Part shown: in pieces, positions 1 to 7,562 of the stretch
How positions within the stretch are numbered: the stretch's first letter is position 1
Layout of the letters: every line of letters starts with the position of its first letter
From: Acutalibacteraceae bacterium
GTDB taxonomy: Bacteria; Bacillota; Clostridia; Oscillospirales; Acutalibacteraceae
Length of the DNA stretch: 64,000 nucleotides
Reading direction: 5' to 3'
Assembly: GCA_045591425.1 (NCBI GenBank)
Contig: JAZNSX010000041.1
Coordinates: 14,804 to 78,803 of the forward strand
Notes under the pieces: generated by a model
What the model was told of the DNA's origin: nothing
What the model saw: the letters and a program-made list of their open reading frames with translations, nothing else
Databases searched by the model: none
Translations under genes and position numbers: made by a program

Positions 1-534
1 ATTTTCGGCGATAAGCCTGTTTATACTGATGAGCAGTGGACGCTCATTGCAAAAGGTTTCAACGAAATGGGCAGACTTGCTAAGGAAAAGGGCATGTATT
101 TTACCGTCCATCACCACATGGGCACAGGCGTTCAGACGGAAGCTGAAATTGACAAGCTCATGGAAATCACAGATCCCGACCTTGTTTATCTTCTTTATGA
201 TACAGGTCATCTTTCATTCTCGGGCGAGGATGCAATCGGTGTTCTTAAAAGGTATGTTAACAGAGTTAAGCATGTTCACCTCAAGAGCATCCGTCAGGAT
301 GTTATCAACGAGGGCAAGGAAAAGGGCTGGAGCTTCCTCGACTGCGTAAGAGCAGGCGCATTTACCGTTCCCGGTGACGGCGACTTTGACTTCACTCCCG
401 TTTTTGATATTCTTGCAGAAGCAGATTACGAGGGCTGGGTTGTTGTTGAAGCTGAGCAGGATCCCGCAAAGGCTAACCCCTATGAATATGCCTGCATGGC
501 AAGAAAATACATCAGCGAAAAAACAGGTCTTTAA
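1..534 (+). CDS. iolE: myo-inosose-2 dehydratase (5'-truncated by window edge)
   Basis: Frame is open from base 1. Motifs HHHMGT, LLYDTGH, HVHLK, FTVPGDG and WVVVEAEQDPAKANP are typical of IolE. Confidence 0.9.
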   Translation: MFGDKPVYTDEQWTLIAKGFNEMGRLAKEKGMYFTVHHHMGTGVQTEAEIDKLMEITDPDLVYLLYDTGHLSFSGEDAIGVLKRYVNRVKHVHLKSIRQDVINEGKEKGWSFLDCVRAGAFTVPGDGDFDFTPVFDILAEADYEGWVVVEAEQDPAKANPYEYACMARKYISEKTGL

Positions 535-544
535 TTTTAACATT

Positions 545-582
545 AATGCCGCAGAATCCATTCGGATTTTGCGGCATTTTTT
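545..582. terminator. intrinsic terminator between convergent iolE and ylmC
   Basis: Hairpin AATGCCGCAGAATCC-ATTC-GGATTTTGCGGCATT followed by a T-run. Confidence 0.85.
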
Positions 583-584
583 GA

Positions 585-863
585 TTAATTATGAGTCCTG
601 TTGCGTCTGTGTCCGTGGTCTTCACACTGAGCTTTGCATACAAGGATTGTGTCATTGCCGATAACGTCGATATCCTCCCAGCATATTCTTATGCGCTCTC
701 TTTTGCCGCATATTCCCCAAAATTTCGGTCGACCGAGAATAATCAGAGCAACAACCCGTCCGCAGCAGGAGTCAACCTCAACATCGCTGACAAGACCCAG
801 GCGGCATCCGTTTGATTTGTTGATAACCTCTTTGCAGCGCAATTCTGTTATGCAGCAGTTCAT
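585..863 (-). CDS. YlmC/YmxH family sporulation protein (PRC barrel)
   Basis: ELRCKEVIN..NGCRLG.VSDVEVD...GRVVALII and I.WEDIDVIGNDTILV; RBS GGAGGT. Confidence 0.85.
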   Translation of the reverse strand: MNCCITELRCKEVINKSNGCRLGLVSDVEVDSCCGRVVALIILGRPKFWGICGKRERIRICWEDIDVIGNDTILVCKAQCEDHGHRRNRTHN

Positions 864-908
864 ATCCTACCTCCAAAAAGCATTATATTAATATTGTATG
901 TTAATAAT

Positions 909-951
909 AAAAAAACAGACCGAACAAAGAAATCTCTTTGTTACGGTCTGT
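909..951 (-). terminator. intrinsic terminator of the small-ORF transcript
   Basis: Minus strand ACAGACCG(T)AACAAAGA-GATT-TCTTTGTTCGGTCTG followed by a T-run. Confidence 0.8.
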
Positions 952-1033
952 GCAGATTTTTCAGAAGCTCTGAGCATAGCTCAGATATATAAAATCACCC
1001 GTTAGGGTTGATATTTTTCAGGGAAGCTGCTTC

Positions 1034-1165
1034 TCAACCATTGAGCAAAGCGTTGAGTTCAAAGATTTTGAAGAGCTTTTTGAATGTGAGAAACTTCTTC
1101 TCTCCTTCAATTTCACTGAGGAGCTTCTTTTCTGCGGGATAGGTTGATACTTCGTAGAAATTCAT
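1034..1165 (-). CDS. small 43-aa protein MNFYEVSTYPAEKKLLSEIEGEKKFLTFKKLFKIFELNALLNG (absent from the ORF track)
   Basis: Translated by hand. SD-like AGAAAGGA lies 8 nt before the ATG, a near-consensus promoter lies upstream and a terminator downstream. Confidence 0.65.
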   Translation of the reverse strand: MNFYEVSTYPAEKKLLSEIEGEKKFLTFKKLFKIFELNALLNG

Positions 1166-1196
1166 TACATTCATCCTTTCTCTTTGTTATGGCTTT

Positions 1197-1224
1197 ATTA
1201 TACACCAAATCTCGAAAAAGTCAA
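1197..1224 (-). promoter_or_regulatory. sigma-A type promoter of the small ORF
   Basis: TTGACT-16 nt-TATAAT on the minus strand. Confidence 0.65.
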
Positions 1225-1228
1225 GTGA

Positions 1229-1264
1229 TTTTGCACAAAATTAAAGATAATAATTTGTGCAAAA
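1229..1264. repeat. inverted repeat TTTTGCACAAA...TTTGTGCAAAA
   Basis: Perfect 11-bp arms around an AT-rich spacer, immediately upstream of the -35 box. Confidence 0.6.
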
Positions 1265-1449
1265 CGCACAAAAATGTAAAGTCTGAAATTTATTCAGCCT
1301 TTACAGAATCAATCATCAAATCCGAACCTTTTTGGTGATATTTCATATATATAGCATGATATATTTGTTGAATATAGACAAGCAAAGAGAAATGAATAGT
1401 AAAAGCAATTAAAATTTTTGTTCAACTTTTTCAAATATTTCAGAAACAT

Positions 1450-1487
1450 AAAAATCACTCATTAATGAAAATTAATGAGTGATTTTT
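1450..1487 (-). terminator. terminator of the rhaA-rhaD-fucO operon
   Basis: AAAAATCACTCATTAAT-GAAA-ATTAATGAGTGATTTTT. Confidence 0.8.
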
Positions 1488-1519
1488 GTTGTGTCAACAG
1501 TTAAGATTTGATTTTAAAT

Positions 1520-2668
1520 TCAGATAAGTGAATTATAAAGAGCGGTGATTTCTTCGACGCTTGTGTCCCTGGGGTTGCCGGGTCTGCAAGCATCGTCAAA
1601 TGCTGACTGTGCAAGGAAGGGGATGTCCTCAGCCTTAACGATTTCCTTAAGGTCTGCGGGGATACCGACATCGATTGAAAGCTGCTTGACAGCATCAATA
1701 GCTGCCTTTCTTGCATCTTCTATGCTCATAGTCTCTGTGCCTTCAACGCCCATAGCTTTTGCGATATCTCTGTACTTATCGCCGGTTGCGGGTGCGTTAT
1801 ATTCCATAACTGTGGGGAGGATGATAGCGTTTGCAACGCCGTGAGGGGTGTCGTAAAGTGCGCCGAGGGGGTGAGCCATTGAGTGAACAATGCCGAGACC
1901 TACATTTGAGAAGCCCATGCCTGCAACATACTGACCGAGAGCCATGCCTTCTCTGCCTTCGTCTGTGTTTGCAACTGCGCCTCTGAGGCTCTTAGCAATG
2001 ATTTCGATAGCCTTGATGTGGAACATGTCGCTGAGTTCCCATGCGCCCTTAGTGATGTAGCCTTCAATAGCGTGTGTAAGAGCATCCATGCCTGTTGCGG
2101 CGGTAAGACCTGCGGGCATTGTTGACATCATGTCTGGGTCAACAACTGCAACAACGGGGATGTCATGAACGTCAACGCAAACCATCTTTCTGTTGTTCTG
2201 AGCGTCTGTGATAACATAGTTGATTGTAACTTCAGCTGCTGTGCCTGCGGTTGTGGGAACAGCGATGATAGGAACGCACTTGTTCTTTGTGGGAGCAACG
2301 CCTTCAAGTGAACGTACATCGGCAAATTCGGGGTTGGCAATGATGATACCTACAGCCTTTGCAGTATCCATTGATGAACCGCCGCCAACAGCTATGATGC
2401 AGTCTGCGCCGCTTGCCTTGAATGCTTCAACGCCTGCCTGAACATTTTCGATTGTGGGGTTAGCCTGAATTGTGCTAAACACATCATATGCGATGTCAGC
2501 GTTTTTTAGAACATTGAAAACCTTGTCTGCAACGCCGAATTTGATAAGGTCGGGGTCGCAGCAAACAAGAGCCTTTGCAAAGCTTCTTGCTTTGAATTCA
2601 TCAGCAATAGCAGCAATAGCGCCCTTGCCGTGGTAAGATGTTTCGTTAAGTACAAATCTGTTTGCCAT
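1520..2668 (-). CDS. fucO: lactaldehyde reductase (iron-containing alcohol dehydrogenase)
   Basis: N-terminus MANRFVLNETSYHG, GGGSSMDTAK, TAATGMDALTHAIE, HSMAHPLGA; lies downstream of rhaD; RBS GGAGGA before ATG 2668. Confidence 0.92.
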   Translation of the reverse strand: MANRFVLNETSYHGKGAIAAIADEFKARSFAKALVCCDPDLIKFGVADKVFNVLKNADIAYDVFSTIQANPTIENVQAGVEAFKASGADCIIAVGGGSSMDTAKAVGIIIANPEFADVRSLEGVAPTKNKCVPIIAVPTTAGTAAEVTINYVITDAQNNRKMVCVDVHDIPVVAVVDPDMMSTMPAGLTAATGMDALTHAIEGYITKGAWELSDMFHIKAIEIIAKSLRGAVANTDEGREGMALGQYVAGMGFSNVGLGIVHSMAHPLGALYDTPHGVANAIILPTVMEYNAPATGDKYRDIAKAMGVEGTETMSIEDARKAAIDAVKQLSIDVGIPADLKEIVKAEDIPFLAQSAFDDACRPGNPRDTSVEEITALYNSLI

Positions 2669-2696
2669 TGTAATTTCCTCCAATTAATTATGTTTA

Positions 2697-3518
2697 TTAA
2701 AGGTTAAGAAAATCTCTTCTGTATACATCTTCAAGCTTGAATGCTTTAACGATTTCAACAAGGTCGGGGTCTGTGATTGTGTTGACTCTGGGAAGGTGAG
2801 CGGTCATCATGTAAAGCTGAGCTGCCTTTTCAACTGTTTCGATAAGACCGAAAGCTTCGTCAAGGTCCTTTCCGCAGCCGTAGATGCCGTGCTGACCCCA
2901 GATAACAAGGCGGAATTCTTTCATCTTTTCTGCGGTTGCAATGCCGATTTCATTGGTGCCGCAAACCATCCAGGGAAGAACGCCGATACCGTCGGGAAAA
3001 ACAACCATGCACTCGGTGCACATTTCCCAAAGAGAATGTGTGAACTTTTTCTCTGAAAGCTCATGAACATAGGTCATTGCAAGAGTGTTTGTGGGATGGC
3101 TGTGCATGATAACTCTGTTTTCGGGATTTTTTGAGAGTCTCGAAATGTGGCTCATAAGGTGAGCGGGAAGCTCGGAAGTGGGTCTGCCGCCGTCTTTGTA
3201 GCCCCAAAGTACTTCTGCTGTTGTGCCGTTTTCGGCGATTTTAATGATACCAAGATTGTTTTCGGGGTCATCTTCAACGTTCTTGAAATATTTGCCTGTG
3301 CCGGTAACGATAAAGATTTTGCCTGCAAGAACTTTTGCATCAAATCCCATGTCAAAGCTTCTGATGGGGGAGTTGATATCGAGATACTCGGCCACTTCAT
3401 CATTTTCGAGCATAACGCTGATGTTGCCGCCGTTTCTTTCGTCCCAACCCATGCGATACATATTTGCTGTTGCTTTACACATACCCACTACGAAGGGTGC
3501 TTCAAAGATGTTTTTCAT
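2697..3518 (-). CDS. rhaD: rhamnulose-1-phosphate aldolase
   Basis: GWDERNGGNIS, PTSELPAH, MHSHPTN, W..HGIYG, FGLIETVEKAA. Confidence 0.95.
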   Translation of the reverse strand: MKNIFEAPFVVGMCKATANMYRMGWDERNGGNISVMLENDEVAEYLDINSPIRSFDMGFDAKVLAGKIFIVTGTGKYFKNVEDDPENNLGIIKIAENGTTAEVLWGYKDGGRPTSELPAHLMSHISRLSKNPENRVIMHSHPTNTLAMTYVHELSEKKFTHSLWEMCTECMVVFPDGIGVLPWMVCGTNEIGIATAEKMKEFRLVIWGQHGIYGCGKDLDEAFGLIETVEKAAQLYMMTAHLPRVNTITDPDLVEIVKAFKLEDVYRRDFLNL

Positions 3519-4753
3519 TTTCTGTTCACCAATACCTTTTCTTCATATTCTTTAATGCTGTTTACATAACAGCTTTCAATGCCTTGTCTTTCGAGGAATT
3601 CCGCCCAAACATCGCCCATGGGCATTGTTTTCATTTCTTCGCTCAGAACCATAAGCTCTGTGAAGTTGGCTTCATCCTGCAACTCCTGCATTTTCTTGGA
3701 GGGCTGAAGAAGCGCAAAAAGAAGAGCTTTCTGAACGTTTCTGACGCCTGTTACCCAAGCGCTGATGCGGTTGATTGAAGCGTCAAAATAGTCTGTTGCG
3801 ATAAACACTCTGTCAAGAGCGTCATTTCTGACGATTTCTTTTGCGATTTCTTTTGTTTCGTCGTCAAGAATAACTACATGGTCGCTGTCCCAGCGTACGC
3901 CTCTTGTGATATGCAAAGCGATTTTATCGCTGAATGCGAGCATTGAGGGTATTTTATCGGAAACAAGCTCTGTGGGGTGATAGTGACCGTTATCCATGAG
4001 GGGGGTGATGCCATTCTGAATTGAATAGCTCAGGCAGAATTCCGCCGAGCCGACAGTGTAGCTTTCAAGACCGATGCCGAAAACCTTTGATTCAAGAGTT
4101 ATGTAAACATTCTTCTTATCATAGGGAGTTTCAAGGATTTCATCAAGCGATTTCTTGAAACGAAGGCGGGGAGAGAGACGGTCTGCGGGGATATCCTTAT
4201 ACCCGTCGGGAATCCAGATGTTCATAACACAGGGATATCCAGTTTCTTTTGCAAAATAATCCGAAAGCTCAACGCAGCGCTTGCCATGCTCAACCCAGAA
4301 TTTGCGGATTTCTTCATCAGGTGATGAAAGGGTAAGACCGTCTTTTACCATGGGATGAGAGAAGAAGGTGGGGTTGAAGTCGATGCCGATGTTTCTTGAT
4401 TTTGCAAATTCAACCCATTTTGCAAAATGCTCGGGCTTAAGAGCGTCTCTGTCTGCTCTGTTGCCGTCAAAAATTGCGTAGCTTGCGTGAAGATTGAGCT
4501 TCTTTTTTCCGGGAATAAGGCTGAATGCCTTGTCAATATCCGCCATAAGCTCATCGGGTGTTCTTGCTTTTCCGGGGTAGTTGCCGGTTGTCTGAATGCC
4601 GCCCGAAAGAGCGTCGTCGCTGTCAAATCCGCCGACGTCGTCGCCCTGCCAGCAATGGACCGAAACCGTTATATCGCCAAGCTTTTTGAGTGCTTCTTCG
4701 GTGTCAATGCCAAATTTCAAATAAAGCTCTTTTGCGCTTTCATATCTGTTCAT
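3515..4753 (-). CDS. rhaA: L-rhamnose isomerase
   Basis: VSVHCWQGDDV, GGIQTTGNYPGKAR, ESKVFGIGLESYTVGS, GHYHPTE, RGVRWDSDHV, DYFDASINR. Confidence 0.95.
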   Translation of the reverse strand: MNRYESAKELYLKFGIDTEEALKKLGDITVSVHCWQGDDVGGFDSDDALSGGIQTTGNYPGKARTPDELMADIDKAFSLIPGKKKLNLHASYAIFDGNRADRDALKPEHFAKWVEFAKSRNIGIDFNPTFFSHPMVKDGLTLSSPDEEIRKFWVEHGKRCVELSDYFAKETGYPCVMNIWIPDGYKDIPADRLSPRLRFKKSLDEILETPYDKKNVYITLESKVFGIGLESYTVGSAEFCLSYSIQNGITPLMDNGHYHPTELVSDKIPSMLAFSDKIALHITRGVRWDSDHVVILDDETKEIAKEIVRNDALDRVFIATDYFDASINRISAWVTGVRNVQKALLFALLQPSKKMQELQDEANFTELMVLSEEMKTMPMGDVWAEFLERQGIESCYVNSIKEYEEKVLVNRK

Positions 4754-4792
4754 ATTTTTCCTCCGATTAGGAATGATTTAATAATTATTTAA

Positions 4793-4821
4793 ATTATATA
4801 ATATTGCATTTTGAAAGTCAA
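4793..4821 (-). promoter_or_regulatory. sigma-A promoter of rhaA
   Basis: TTGACT-17 nt-TATAAT on the minus strand. Confidence 0.7.
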
Positions 4822-4897
4822 CAATATTTAAGTGTTGATTTTTCTGATTATATATTGTAAAATAAATATATTAATTTTTTGTAAAGGATTTGCTCAA

Positions 4898-7513
4898 ATG
4901 TCGGATTTTAAATATAAGATTTCGGTAATAATCCCTGTTTATAACTGCGAAAAATTTATTTCCTCGTGTGTCGAGAGCCTTAAGAAACAGACAATGCCCG
5001 AAAGGGATTTTCAGATTGTTTTTGTTAATGACGGCTCAAGCGACAGAAGCGGCGAAATCTGCGCAGCGTATGCCGAAAATAATGCCAACATAGTTTATTT
5101 TGAAAAAGAAAACGGCGGCGTTTCGAGCGCAAGAAACAAGGGCTTTGAGCTTGCAGAAGGCAAATATATCATGTTTCTCGATGCCGACGATGCTCTCGGC
5201 GGAAAAAGCCTTGAAGCCATTTATGATTTTTTTGAAAGCCATTATGAAGAAACAGACCTTGTAACATATTCGATTGACTATGTTAATGAAAAGGGTGCGG
5301 TAACAACCCACAGACGCTTTGACATTTTAAGCCACAGCGGCATTTATGATATAAATTCCGATATAAATATTATTCAGACAACCATGAATATCTGCGTCAA
5401 AAATGTTCCCGAAAAAGAGAGAATTATTTTTGATGAAACCCTTTCACTCGGCGAAGACCAATGGTTTATTTTCTCTTGGCTTCTCAAAAAGCAGAAACTC
5501 GGTTTTGTTAAAGAAGCTGTCTATAAGTATTTTCGACATTCCGGTTCGGCAAGTTCAATGTTCAATAATCCGTATTATTGCTTTGAGCAGTATACGGGAT
5601 TCTTGAAGAAACTTCTTGATGCCGCGCGTGACGAAAACGGAAAGCCGCATCCAACAGCACAGGCACTTGTTGTTTATAATCTCGGCTGGCGCATAACCTC
5701 TGACTTGCTTGTCAGCCACGCAGATGAAGAAACGGAGAAAAATCAATTCAAAATTCTCGGCGATATCGTTAAAGAAGTTGATAATTCAATAATCTGCAAT
5801 TCTATCTATATTGACCCTTATCATGTAGAGGTCTTCATGCGCCTTAAAAATGAAAAATACGAAATGGCGGTCAACGGTTCTGCGGTCAGTATTTCAAGCG
5901 GCAATGTTCTTTGGTTTGCTCAGCCGCATACAATTGTTTTTAATACCCTCAGAATTCATAACAAAAAGCTATATGTTTCGGGATATATTAAAAACGGTGT
6001 TGTTGATTATAAAGAAATGCGTCTTTATTACAGCGATGCTTCAAATGTTTTGCATGAAGTTCCCATGCAGGATACCTCTTTCAGCTGTTACAAGAGCAAA
6101 ACACCGACCAATCTTTTCGGCGGATTCGACCTTGAAATCGATTTTGAAGGTAGCGAGTGTATAACCTTTGTGCTTGAAGTCGGCGGAGTAAAGGTTGTTC
6201 CCGTGCCGTATTTCGGTTTTAAATGTGCAATTAACAGAGCCAAGAATATTGCGGCTTGTGGTGAATATGTTATGACCTTTGAAGCAAAGTCAAAGAGCAT
6301 ATCCGTTCAAAAAGCATCGGCAGGTGAGCTTGCAGCTGCAAGAGATGCAGCCGATAAAGCTGTCGAGGCAGAAAACAACAGAGCTCTTCTTTACCGAAAA
6401 ATGTCAAAGCGTTTCAAAAAAGAAGAAGAAATATGGCTTTATTGCGACAGAGAGAATATTTTTGATAATGCATATTACCAGTTTCTTCATGATTTTGAAA
6501 AGAACGACGGCATTAAGAGATATTATATAATCGATAATCTTAAGGAAAAGAGCAGATATTTTAACTCGAAACAAAAGAAATATCTTGTTAATTTTAAGAG
6601 CTTAAAGCATAAAATACTTTTCCTTAATTGCAGCAAAATTTTTACATCCTTTAATTCTCTTTCAATTTTCAGCCCGTTTGACGGTCTGCCCCTCAAATGG
6701 TATTCGGATATAACCGACTATGAAATAATCTATCTTCAGCACGGCATTCTTCATGCCCGTCTGCCTTTGCTTTACACCAAAGAGAAAGCAAATATTGATA
6801 AGGTTGTTATTTCTTCCGAGTTTGAGCGTGAAAATTTCAAAAGGATTTATAATTTCAAGGAATCCGATTTGATTATGAGCGGCATGCCGAGATTTGATGC
6901 CATTGATACAGAGAAAAAAGCTCAGCGCAGAATTCTTTTCTCACCTTCGTGGCGTAAAAATCTTATCGGCGAATACGAAAACAACACAAGAGAGCTTTTT
7001 GAAGATAAATTTCTCGTTTCACCGTTCTATACACAGATAAACGAATTTTTGAATTCCGAAAAGCTTGCTCAGCTTCTCGAAAAATATGATTTGACTATCG
7101 ATTTCAAAAATCATCCGATTTTCAGAGATTATGACCGCTTTTTCGATGTCAAAAATCCAAGAGTTAGAGTAACTCAGGATAAAAACGAAATGCAGGACTA
7201 TCTCGCAATGATAACCGATTATTCCTCAATCGTTTTTGATTTTGTTTATCTCAACCGACCCATTCTCTATTTTGTGCCCGATTATGAGCAGTTCAAAGCG
7301 GGCATAACACACAACTATAATCTTCTTGATCTGCCGCTTGAGGAAGGCTTCGGCGATGTTACGCAAACGTGCGACGAGCTTCTGGCTTCGCTTGAATATC
7401 TTTGCAAGAATAATTTTGAGCCTAAGCCCGTTTACGGCGAACGCATGGAAAAATTCTTTAATTCAAGAGCGAAAGACCATGCCGCCATGCTCTATGAAGC
7501 AGTAAAACTGTGA
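4898..7513 (+). CDS. bifunctional GT2 glycosyltransferase / CDP-glycerol glycerophosphotransferase (TagF-like)
   Basis: N-terminal ISVIIPVYN..VNDGSSD..NGGVSSARN..FLDADD; C-terminal YLQHGI, GMPRFD, FSPSWR, ITDYSSIVFDF. Confidence 0.85.
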   Translation: MSDFKYKISVIIPVYNCEKFISSCVESLKKQTMPERDFQIVFVNDGSSDRSGEICAAYAENNANIVYFEKENGGVSSARNKGFELAEGKYIMFLDADDALGGKSLEAIYDFFESHYEETDLVTYSIDYVNEKGAVTTHRRFDILSHSGIYDINSDINIIQTTMNICVKNVPEKERIIFDETLSLGEDQWFIFSWLLKKQKLGFVKEAVYKYFRHSGSASSMFNNPYYCFEQYTGFLKKLLDAARDENGKPHPTAQALVVYNLGWRITSDLLVSHADEETEKNQFKILGDIVKEVDNSIICNSIYIDPYHVEVFMRLKNEKYEMAVNGSAVSISSGNVLWFAQPHTIVFNTLRIHNKKLYVSGYIKNGVVDYKEMRLYYSDASNVLHEVPMQDTSFSCYKSKTPTNLFGGFDLEIDFEGSECITFVLEVGGVKVVPVPYFGFKCAINRAKNIAACGEYVMTFEAKSKSISVQKASAGELAAARDAADKAVEAENNRALLYRKMSKRFKKEEEIWLYCDRENIFDNAYYQFLHDFEKNDGIKRYYIIDNLKEKSRYFNSKQKKYLVNFKSLKHKILFLNCSKIFTSFNSLSIFSPFDGLPLKWYSDITDYEIIYLQHGILHARLPLLYTKEKANIDKVVISSEFERENFKRIYNFKESDLIMSGMPRFDAIDTEKKAQRRILFSPSWRKNLIGEYENNTRELFEDKFLVSPFYTQINEFLNSEKLAQLLEKYDLTIDFKNHPIFRDYDRFFDVKNPRVRVTQDKNEMQDYLAMITDYSSIVFDFVYLNRPILYFVPDYEQFKAGITHNYNLLDLPLEEGFGDVTQTCDELLASLEYLCKNNFEPKPVYGERMEKFFNSRAKDHAAMLYEAVKL

Positions 7514-7520
7514 TGTATAT

Positions 7521-7560
7521 AGCACAGCCCTGCACCGTAATTCTGGTGCAGGGCTGTGTT
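7521..7560. terminator. bidirectional terminator
   Basis: CACAGCCCTGCACC-GTAATTCT-GGTGCAGGGCTGTG between convergent genes. Confidence 0.85.
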
Positions 7561-7562
7561 TG

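Noticed and set aside
1144-1338. 64-aa plus-strand ORF in the track
   Set aside because: TTG start without an RBS. It overlaps the promoter and RBS of the better-supported minus-strand 43-aa ORF.
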